NCBI GenBank assembly: GCA_030649345.1 | Contig: JAUSKK010000041.1 | Location: 1-26,045, forward strand | Origin: Candidatus Iainarchaeum sp. | GTDB taxonomy: Archaea > Iainarchaeota > Iainarchaeia > Iainarchaeales > 0-14-0-20-34-12 | Length of the DNA: 26,045 nt | Reading direction: 5' to 3' | Shown: piece by piece, positions 14,636-21,720 of the stretch | Layout of the letters: each line of letters starts with the position of its first letter | Position numbering within the stretch: the stretch's first letter is position 1 | Program-made: the position numbers and the translations under genes | The notes under the pieces: generated by a model | Told to the model about the DNA's origin: nothing | What the model saw: the letters and a program-made list of their open reading frames with translations, nothing else | The model's database searches: none

Positions 14636-15751
14636 ATGCATCATTCATTTGAACGAATTGTTTTGCATTTGGATTTGAATTATTTTTTTGCCCAAGCCGA
14701 AGAATTAAGAAAACCTGAATTGAAATGCAAACCAGTGGTTGTCTGTGTTTACTCGGGCCGCACTCCTACTTCTGGTGCTGTAGGCACTTCCAATTATCTT
14801 GCACGTGCTTTAGGCATTAAGTCAGGCCAACCTATTTTTCAAGCCCAGCAAAAAGCTACTCCAGAAACTGTTTTTTTGCCAGTAGATATTCAATACTATA
14901 AAATTATTTCCATTCAAGTAATGGAAATTTTAAAATCACACTCAGATTCTTTTGAGTCTGGGGGTGTAGATGAAGCGTTTATTGAAATCACGCAAGCATG
15001 CAAAGGAAATTACAAGAAAGCCAAAGAACTGGCTGAAGAAATCAAAAAAGATTTATTGCAAAAAACTGGGTTAATTTGCAGTATTGGAATTGCACCCAAT
15101 AAACTGTTGGCCAAAATTGCTTCAGATTTTCAAAAACCAGATGGTTTAACTATCCTTGAACCTTTTCAAGTTCAAAAATTTATCAATCCTTTATCTGTGA
15201 GTGTTATTTCAGGAATTGGTCCCAAAACAGCTGAACACTTGAAAGAATTGCATGTTGAAAAAGTTTCTGAGCTGGCAAAACTGCAAAAAAGTGTTTTAAT
15301 TCAAGAATTCGGAAATGCCAAAGGAGACTTTTTGTTCCAAGCAGCTCAAGGTCTAGATGAAAGTCCAGTTCAAGAAAGTTCTGAACACCAGCAGTTTTCT
15401 CGTATGACTACTTTGAAAAAAGATTCTAAAAATTTAACTGAACTTATCGAAGTTTCAATTCCTTTAATGAACGAATTATGTGCCCGCTGTCAAAAAGAAA
15501 ACATTTTCTTCAAAACCATTTCCATTGTTTTAGTCTCAACTAAACTAGAATCGTTTACTAAAGCCAAAACTGTCCTTGCACCAACCCACGATTTGAAAAT
15601 TTTTCAACAAACTGTACAATCTCTTTTTTCTGACTTTTTAAAATTGCACACAGATTTTACTGCCCGCAGATTGGGCATTTCAGTTTCTCATTTTTCAAGT
15701 TCTTTTAAACCTTCACTTTCAGAAAAACAACGTACATTAAACGAATTTTAA
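14636..15751 (+). CDS. dinB: Y-family DNA polymerase IV (Dpo4/DinB)
   Basis: ...IVLHLDLNYFFAQAEE..., ...GGVDEAFIE..., ...SIGIAPNKLLAKIASDFQKPDG..., ...ISGIGPKTAEHL.... ATG 14636 is preferred over the track's GTG at 14618. Confidence 0.9.
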   Translation: MHHSFERIVLHLDLNYFFAQAEELRKPELKCKPVVVCVYSGRTPTSGAVGTSNYLARALGIKSGQPIFQAQQKATPETVFLPVDIQYYKIISIQVMEILKSHSDSFESGGVDEAFIEITQACKGNYKKAKELAEEIKKDLLQKTGLICSIGIAPNKLLAKIASDFQKPDGLTILEPFQVQKFINPLSVSVISGIGPKTAEHLKELHVEKVSELAKLQKSVLIQEFGNAKGDFLFQAAQGLDESPVQESSEHQQFSRMTTLKKDSKNLTELIEVSIPLMNELCARCQKENIFFKTISIVLVSTKLESFTKAKTVLAPTHDLKIFQQTVQSLFSDFLKLHTDFTARRLGISVSHFSSSFKPSLSEKQRTLNEF

Positions 15752-15753
15752 TG

Positions 15754-15760
15754 TTTTTTT
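15754..15760 (+). terminator. Oligo-T terminator after dinB
   Basis: TTTTTTT begins 3 nt after the TAA stop. Archaeal termination commonly uses oligo-T tracts. Confidence 0.4.
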
Positions 15761-15799
15761 CTGAAATGTTTTATTAATCCTTGTTTCCAAGAATTAAAT

Positions 15800-16456
15800 A
15801 TGGTTCAATCTTCTTTAGCTCCAGTTGTTGTTTTAATAGGCCGTGCTGCTTCCGGTAAAACTACTTCAGCAGAAACTTTAGCTCGAAAAAGTCCAGTTCC
15901 AGTGGTTGTTTTTGGCGGCTTTATTCGAAAAGAAATTGAAGAAAATACTCTAATTGGCCAGAAAGCCATGGCGGGTTTGAAAACCCAAGGTTTTGTTCCA
16001 ACTGAAATTTACATGAATTATATTAATAATTTAATTCAAGCCAATCCTGCAAAATTTAGAAATGGTTTTATTGTAGAAGCTTTTCCCAGGAGTGTTTTTC
16101 AAGTTCCTGAATTTGAGAAATTTTTGCGCAGTAAAGGAATGAGAATTGCACATGTTTTTTTGTTTAATGTTTCTAAAAAAACCAGTGCTCGAAGACTGCA
16201 AACTCGTGCAAAACAAACTGGACGAGAAGATGTTTTGCCAGTAGAACAAAGACAAGCTTTGTTTGACCAGCATGCCGGTCGTTTGCTGGCTGAATTTGGA
16301 ACCAAAGGTATGGTCTCTGTAGTTAATTCCAATCATTTGCCTATCCGCAGAATGACTAACTTTTTTTTAGCACGCCATAAAGCACGCGTTCGTACTGTTC
16401 GAAAAAGTAAGCTTAGAATTATTCGTCCGCGTATTCCTCGTTTGCCTAGAAGATAA
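15800..16456 (+). CDS. Divergent short-type adenylate/NMP-kinase-like protein with an Arg-rich C-terminal tail
   Basis: ...VVVLIGRAASGKTTSAE... (degenerate P-loop), ...GFIVEAFPRSVFQ... (compare GFILDGFPR in adk), no Zn lid. The C-terminus is RRMTNFFLARHKARVRTVRKSKLRIIRPRIPRLPRR. Confidence 0.7.
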   Translation: MVQSSLAPVVVLIGRAASGKTTSAETLARKSPVPVVVFGGFIRKEIEENTLIGQKAMAGLKTQGFVPTEIYMNYINNLIQANPAKFRNGFIVEAFPRSVFQVPEFEKFLRSKGMRIAHVFLFNVSKKTSARRLQTRAKQTGREDVLPVEQRQALFDQHAGRLLAEFGTKGMVSVVNSNHLPIRRMTNFFLARHKARVRTVRKSKLRIIRPRIPRLPRR

Positions 16457-16458
16457 TT

Positions 16459-17649
16459 ATGAAACCCTTTGAATTCATTTATGGAAATCATTCCAGTTCT
16501 TTGAAAAATAAAACAATTGTATTGGCTGTAACCGGAAGTATTGCTGCAGTCAAAACAGTTGAATTGGCGCGAGCATTAATTCGTTTCAGTGCAAATGTTG
16601 TTCCGGTTATGTCTAAATCTGCAACTGAGATTCTGCATCCGAATGCTTTAGAATATGCGTGTGGTCAAAAACCGTTGACTCAAATTACTGCACAAATGGA
16701 TTATTTGGATTTATTTGGCAAAAATGGCCGATCTGATTTGTTGTTAATTTGTCCAGCCACAGCTGATTGTATTTCTAAAATAGCCCATGCTTTTTCAGAT
16801 GATTTAATTTCTATCCTGGCGTTGAATGCTTTGGGCTCCAAAAAACAAATTTTGATTGTTCCAGCTATGCATGAAAGTATGTTGGAAAATAAACTTTTGC
16901 AGAAAAATATTGTAAAACTAAAAAAAGCAGGTATTGTTTTCTTAGAACCGTTCATTCAAGAAGAAATTGGAAAATTGCCAGAAAAAGAAACAATTGTTTT
17001 GGAATGCGAACGTTTGCTTTCGGTTCATTCTTTAAAAAATAAAACAGTAGTCATTGCTTCCGGTAAAACCGAAGAAGATGTAGATGATTTAAGAATTTTA
17101 ACCAATCGTTCTAGCGGCAAAATGGGTTCAGAATTGGCCTTGCAAGCTTATCGTTTGGGTGCTCAAGTTGTTGTCGTTGCATGTGAACCTATTCCATTTA
17201 CTCAAATTAAACAAATTCGAATTCGTACAGCTGAAGAAATGGAGCAAGCTCTTTTTCAAGAATGTAAAAAGGCCAATTTTTTGTTAATGCCTGCAGCGAT
17301 TGGCGATTTTGATATTCGTGTGGTCAAACAATCTGGAAAAATTTCTTCCAAAAATAAAACTGTTTTAGAATTATTTCCCCGTGCCAAAATTATTGCTAAA
17401 CTGCGCAAAAAATTTTCCAAATTGTTCATTTTAGGCTTTAAAGCATGTGCTCAAGAATCTGAAATTGAATCTATTTGTTTAGAAAAACTAAAAAAAGATC
17501 AATTGACTGCTTTGGTTGGAAATGTAGGCAAAACAATGATGGGTGCTGATTCTGGAACTGTTTGGTTGTTTAAAGAAAAAGGTTCTGTAAAAATTCAAGG
17601 AACTAAAAAAGAAATCGCGCAAAATATTTGGAGTGAAATTCTTCAATGA
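16459..17649 (+). CDS. coaBC: Bifunctional phosphopantothenoylcysteine decarboxylase / phosphopantothenate-cysteine ligase
   Basis: N-terminal flavoprotein ...IVLAVTGSIAAVKTVELAR...PVMS..., ...ICPATADCISKIAHAFSDD.... C-terminal ...ILTNRSSGKMG...PAAIGDF.... 396 aa. Confidence 0.9.
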   Translation: MKPFEFIYGNHSSSLKNKTIVLAVTGSIAAVKTVELARALIRFSANVVPVMSKSATEILHPNALEYACGQKPLTQITAQMDYLDLFGKNGRSDLLLICPATADCISKIAHAFSDDLISILALNALGSKKQILIVPAMHESMLENKLLQKNIVKLKKAGIVFLEPFIQEEIGKLPEKETIVLECERLLSVHSLKNKTVVIASGKTEEDVDDLRILTNRSSGKMGSELALQAYRLGAQVVVVACEPIPFTQIKQIRIRTAEEMEQALFQECKKANFLLMPAAIGDFDIRVVKQSGKISSKNKTVLELFPRAKIIAKLRKKFSKLFILGFKACAQESEIESICLEKLKKDQLTALVGNVGKTMMGADSGTVWLFKEKGSVKIQGTKKEIAQNIWSEILQ

Positions 17650-18437
17650 AACTTGGAATTGATTTTGGAGCCAGTCATACGGATTTGGTTTTAGTTAAAG
17701 GAACTCAAATCATTTTTTCAAAAACAATTCCAGTAACTCATTTTCGCAAGCCTAAAATCTCTGAATTGCTTAAAGAAATTAATTTATCTAACGTAAATCA
17801 TATTTTTGTCACAGGCTGGGGTGCGCGTTATTTTCCAAAAAAATATCAAAACATTCTAGTTTCTAAAACTTCTGAAATTCAAGCCATTGCTTTGGGTGCT
17901 CAAAAGCTTTCCAAGAAAAAAAATTGTTTGGTAATTTCTATGGGCTCAGGTACTGCTATTGTTTCAGTTAAAGGAAAAAAATTCAAGCATATTGGCGGAA
18001 CCGCAGTTGGCGGAAGGATGCTGTTAGGATTGTCTGAATTGTTATTAAATACCAGTGATATTCAGAAAGTTTTCAAATGGTCCAAAAAAGGACGCTTGGA
18101 TAAAGTGGACTTGTTATTGAAAGAAATTTATCCGCAAGGCTTGGGTCATTTGCCTTGGAATGTTTCTGCTGCTCATTTTGGTTATCTTCAAAAACCTTCT
18201 AAATTTGATTTGTCCATTGCTTTACTGAATTTGGTAGCGCAAACCATTGGTTCTATTTCTTTATTTGCAGCCAAAGCTTATAATCATAAAACAATTGTTT
18301 TTGTTGGTCGCTTGGCTGAATCGAAAGAAATTCAAACAATCTTGAAAAAACGGATTCATATTTTTGCTCCGCATTTAACGTTTATTTTTCCAAAAAATGC
18401 AGGCCTAGCCGTTGCTTTGGGTTCCATTCAAAATTAG
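17646..18437 (+). CDS. coaW: Type II pantothenate kinase (ASKHA fold, Staphylococcus CoaA/CoaW-like)
   Basis: MKLGIDFGASHTDLV..., ...FVTGWGAR..., ...VISMGSGTAIVSVKGKKFKHIGGTAVGGRMLLGLSELL..., ...SAAHFG..., ...IVFVGRLA.... From memory these are colinear with S. aureus type II PanK (MKVGIDAGGTLIK / NVGTGTS...GGIGTGGGMIQGLGYLL / TAANFG). The ATGA overlap with the coaBC stop supports co-function. Confidence 0.75.
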   Translation: MKLGIDFGASHTDLVLVKGTQIIFSKTIPVTHFRKPKISELLKEINLSNVNHIFVTGWGARYFPKKYQNILVSKTSEIQAIALGAQKLSKKKNCLVISMGSGTAIVSVKGKKFKHIGGTAVGGRMLLGLSELLLNTSDIQKVFKWSKKGRLDKVDLLLKEIYPQGLGHLPWNVSAAHFGYLQKPSKFDLSIALLNLVAQTIGSISLFAAKAYNHKTIVFVGRLAESKEIQTILKKRIHIFAPHLTFIFPKNAGLAVALGSIQN

Positions 18438-18444
18438 TTTTTTT

Positions 18445-19074
18445 TTATTTAAGTCTTAATCTGCGTGTTCTTTTATCAAATGTTTTTCGAAGTGCTTTTC
18501 TTTTTTCAGTTTTTCTTTGTGCAACTCTTCGGGTAACCATTTGCCGCATTCTTCCGACAGACATTTTAGGCCTTAATAGGCCTCGAGCAACCGAAATCAT
18601 TTGTTCTGGATTTTTCGAATGTTGAATAATAAATAATGCAAATTCTTTGGCCAATTGCCCTTCTTTATCTTGTCTTGGAGTTTGAATCATTCGTTCTCTA
18701 AATGCAGTCAATTCTTTTGGATAATATTTTGCCATTCCTAAATATTGAGCCAATTGATCAAATATTTCGGACTTAACTGGATCAAAATCTACTTTTTTTC
18801 CAGCCTTTTTTTCTCCATGAACATATGCTTCATACACTAAGTGTCCAATATCTGCAAAAAACGTGTGTTCGTATTTATGCGAGGCAATGTATACTTTTCC
18901 TTTTCGAATTGGATGAATGGGACCTAGCCATTCTTGTGCATTTCTGCGAACGCTCATAAATGCTTGGTTGCTGACCAGCTTGTATTCGGGTACAGGTACT
19001 TTGAATAAATTGAAAAAATGTTCAATAATTTCTGCCTGTCTTTCTTTGACTGCTTCAATATCTTGTGCGCCCAT
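18445..19074 (-). CDS. Hypothetical protein with an Arg/Lys-rich C-terminal tail
   Basis: 209 aa with no recognisable family. The last 42 aa are RPKMSVGRMRQMVTRRVAQRKTEKRKALRKTFDKRTRRLRLK. The ATG is 3 nt after the stop of the upstream TIM-barrel gene. Confidence 0.6.
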   Translation of the reverse strand: MGAQDIEAVKERQAEIIEHFFNLFKVPVPEYKLVSNQAFMSVRRNAQEWLGPIHPIRKGKVYIASHKYEHTFFADIGHLVYEAYVHGEKKAGKKVDFDPVKSEIFDQLAQYLGMAKYYPKELTAFRERMIQTPRQDKEGQLAKEFALFIIQHSKNPEQMISVARGLLRPKMSVGRMRQMVTRRVAQRKTEKRKALRKTFDKRTRRLRLK

Positions 19075-19077
19075 ATT

Positions 19078-20118
19078 TCATTTTCCTTTTTTGTTCTTTT
19101 TAATCATTTCCCATACTGTTTTATTGTTTTTTAGGTTAACGTAATCTTCTTTTTCTTCTTTGATTTCAGTCACAATAAATTTTGGTTTCACTTTTCGAAT
19201 TCCTTGAATGATCTTACTTAATTCTAAATCTCCTTCAATATGTCCATCCATACTCTTTCCTTTGAATAACCTATTTTCGTAACTGCAGTTGTTTAAATGC
19301 ACTTGTTTGAGTTTTCCTTTTCGCTGAATTAATTTTAACCAGCGAATAACTTCTTGGGTTGTTTTTTCTTTTTTAGTTTCTTTTTGTTTTAGTAATTTTG
19401 TTTCCATTGTTTGTTCTTCCAGCCCAAAATATACTGGTTTCCAGCCTAAATAGGAATTGACTCGGGCTTGATGTGAATTAAATGTTTTTTGTTTTTCTTG
19501 ATCTAACAATGTTCGCAGTGTTAATCCTGCGTGTGCAATATCTAAAGTAGTATTTGTTTTTAGTTGAATGAAATCTTGAGGTAATTTTCCAATTTCGTGA
19601 AATGTTGTAAATGTTCCAGGCGGGTTGGGTATTTCGAGTAAAGGGATATTTTCCAGTACAATTTTCTTTTTTCCAATTTCGTTCAAAAATTCCCTGAATT
19701 CACTTAAAAGTTCCATTTTGTTTCGTTCATACGAGACAAAATTATTGCTTTCAATTTTTCGCATATCTCCAGTTAAATGAATATTTAAATGTTCAAATCC
19801 AATTTTTTCCAATAATTCAATTGCTGTTTGAATACTTTCTCTGCTTTGTTTTCTTATTTTAGAATTTTGCGATAAAACATCCAAAATAGTTTCGTTATTC
19901 AAAGTCCAGCCAATTTCTGCACTCAAAACAGGAAATAACCCATCCAAGTAATTCAAATAGTCTGTTTTTAATGCATGCAAAATTTTTTCTTTGGTTGGAT
20001 GTGAAATCTCAAACAATACTTCCACTCCGCCAATCAGTTCTTTCTTAACATTTTCTGCTTGGGCCGCTAATTGCCGTTTGTTTAGAATGCATTTTCCCAA
20101 TAATTTTGTTTTCGTCAT
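19078..20118 (-). CDS. Xylose-isomerase-like / AP-endonuclease-2 TIM-barrel family protein
   Basis: The spacing of ...LNIHLTG..., ...IVLENIP..., ...LDIAHAG..., ...VHLNNC...DGHIEGDL... fits the metal-ligand pattern of the PF01261-type TIM barrel. There is a Lys/Glu-rich insertion, and the C-terminus is Lys-rich. I prefer the start at ATG 20118 (MTKTKLL) because it avoids overlap with the upstream gene. Confidence 0.6.
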   Translation of the reverse strand: MTKTKLLGKCILNKRQLAAQAENVKKELIGGVEVLFEISHPTKEKILHALKTDYLNYLDGLFPVLSAEIGWTLNNETILDVLSQNSKIRKQSRESIQTAIELLEKIGFEHLNIHLTGDMRKIESNNFVSYERNKMELLSEFREFLNEIGKKKIVLENIPLLEIPNPPGTFTTFHEIGKLPQDFIQLKTNTTLDIAHAGLTLRTLLDQEKQKTFNSHQARVNSYLGWKPVYFGLEEQTMETKLLKQKETKKEKTTQEVIRWLKLIQRKGKLKQVHLNNCSYENRLFKGKSMDGHIEGDLELSKIIQGIRKVKPKFIVTEIKEEKEDYVNLKNNKTVWEMIKKNKKGK

Positions 20119-20122
20119 TTTT

Positions 20123-20665
20123 TCACAAATACGTTGGATTTTTTTCTGCAATTTTTTTTCGATGATTGGCCAATCTTGCCAATTGAAAGAATACGCTGGA
20201 TAGTCTATTAATGTATTTTAATAATTCCGAGTTTAATTTTTCTTTTTCGTTTAATTCCACAATTTTTCGCTCTACTCTTCTGCATACTGTTCTGCAAACT
20301 TGCATCCGCGTACTTAACTCTGTTCCTTGAGGTAAAATAAATTTGGTTAATTCTCCAACTTCAGTTCCAATAGAATCGCAAATATTTTCTAGTTCCTGCA
20401 CGTGTTTGTCCAAAATTTTGTGTTTGCTTTCTTCTGGATTCGCCAATTCCGCACTTGCAATAAATAACTGATTTTGTATTTTTTCCAATATTTCTTGAAT
20501 ACCCTCAAATTCTCCAGCTGAACTTAAAGCCCATCCAGTGAATGAGTTTAATTCATCGATTTCTCCATAGGCTTGAATTCGTACATCTTCTTTTCCTACT
20601 TGTTGGCCGTTGCAGTATCTTGTTTTTCCCTGGTCTCCTGCACGTGTATACATCTTTTGCTCCAT
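20123..20665 (-). CDS. PduO-type ATP:cob(I)alamin adenosyltransferase family protein
   Basis: MYTRAGDQGKTRY..., ...RIQAYGEIDELNS..., ...LQNQLFIASAELA..., ...FILPQG...CRTVCRRVER..., ...YINRLSS..F.LAR... is the classic PduO/MMAB signature. Confidence 0.9.
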   Translation of the reverse strand: MEQKMYTRAGDQGKTRYCNGQQVGKEDVRIQAYGEIDELNSFTGWALSSAGEFEGIQEILEKIQNQLFIASAELANPEESKHKILDKHVQELENICDSIGTEVGELTKFILPQGTELSTRMQVCRTVCRRVERKIVELNEKEKLNSELLKYINRLSSVFFQLARLANHRKKIAEKNPTYL

Positions 20666-20726
20666 TTCAATCCCTTTTTAATCCTATATTTTTATGTTAT
20701 TGATGTATTAAATTCGTGTATATTCT

Positions 20727-21056
20727 ATGCTTAAACCTAAATCTGGAAAAAAGAGTTTTTTAATTGAATTTTTTGGCAAAGAATGTCCTTATTGTGTCAA
20801 AATGCAGCCTTTAATTCAGCGTTTGGAAAAAGAAACTGGTTTGAAAATTAAGCAATTTGAGGTTTGGTACAATCAAGACAACCATAAAAAATTCAATGAA
20901 TATGCGCACATTTTCATAGATGCCTGCGGCGGTCAGTTAGGGGTTCCGGCTTTTTATAATTCAAAGACTGGAGAAGCTTTATGCGGTGCAGTTGATTATG
21001 AAATTTTGAAAGAATGGGCCATAAAGAAAAATACCCCTCCTTCGTATGTGAGTTAA
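20727..21056 (+). CDS. Thioredoxin-fold / glutaredoxin-like protein (CPYC active site)
   Basis: 109 aa with ...FFGKECPYCVKMQP... and a later ...GVPAF... (cis-Pro loop). Confidence 0.7.
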   Translation: MLKPKSGKKSFLIEFFGKECPYCVKMQPLIQRLEKETGLKIKQFEVWYNQDNHKKFNEYAHIFIDACGGQLGVPAFYNSKTGEALCGAVDYEILKEWAIKKNTPPSYVS

Positions 21057-21057
21057 A

Positions 21058-21720
21058 ATGCAGGAATCTCAAAGAATTCAAAAACTGGTTTCAGTTTTAA
21101 ACAAAACGTATGCTTCTCAGAAATTAGGTTTGCGTCGTTCTAATCCAATTCAACTTTTGGTTGCAGTCATTCTGTCTGCGCAGTGTACAGACATTCGTGT
21201 CAATCAAGTGACTGAATCTTTGTTCAAAAAGTACAAGACTGCAAAAGATTTTGCTTCAGCTAATTCGAAAATTTTTGAAAAAGAAATTTTTTCCACAGGG
21301 TTTTATAAAAATAAAGCTAAAAATATTCGAGCTGCCTGCAAAATCATCTATGAACAGCATAACGGAAAACTTCCGAACACAATGCCTGAACTATTAAACT
21401 TTCCGGGTGTTGCCCGAAAAACTGCCAATGTTGTTTTGGGTGAAGTGTTTGGCCAAGTCGAAGGCTTTGTAGTAGATACACATGTGAAACGCTTATCTCA
21501 AAGAATGGGTTTAACTCAAAATGTTAATCCGGAAAAAATTGAAAAAGATTTAATGCAAAAAATTTCTCCAAAAGACTGGTGGAATTTTTCAACTGCTTTA
21601 ATTTTGCATGGCCGTAAAATATGTCAGGCCCGTAAGCCTCGTTGTCTTGAGTGTCCGGTTCAAAAATTGTGCCCCAGTGCAGTTGTGTTTTTTCCTGAAC
21701 TTAAATTAGCCAAACAGTAA
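21058..21720 (+). CDS. nth: Endonuclease III (HhH-GPD DNA glycosylase/AP lyase with 4Fe-4S cluster)
   Basis: ...LLVAVILSAQCTD..VN..., HhH ...LLNFPGVARKTANVVL..., ...VVDTHVKR..., and the cluster C-x6-C-x2-C-x5-C (CQARKPRCLECPVQKLC). Confidence 0.92.
   Translation: MQESQRIQKLVSVLNKTYASQKLGLRRSNPIQLLVAVILSAQCTDIRVNQVTESLFKKYKTAKDFASANSKIFEKEIFSTGFYKNKAKNIRAACKIIYEQHNGKLPNTMPELLNFPGVARKTANVVLGEVFGQVEGFVVDTHVKRLSQRMGLTQNVNPEKIEKDLMQKISPKDWWNFSTALILHGRKICQARKPRCLECPVQKLCPSAVVFFPELKLAKQ

Noticed and set aside
21706-21720. 15-nt convergent overlap of the nth and reductase 3' ends as a possible annotation error or regulatory feature.
   Set aside because: Both C-termini look complete and both stops are unambiguous. 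Short convergent overlaps are common in compact genomes, so there is nothing further to support a special role.
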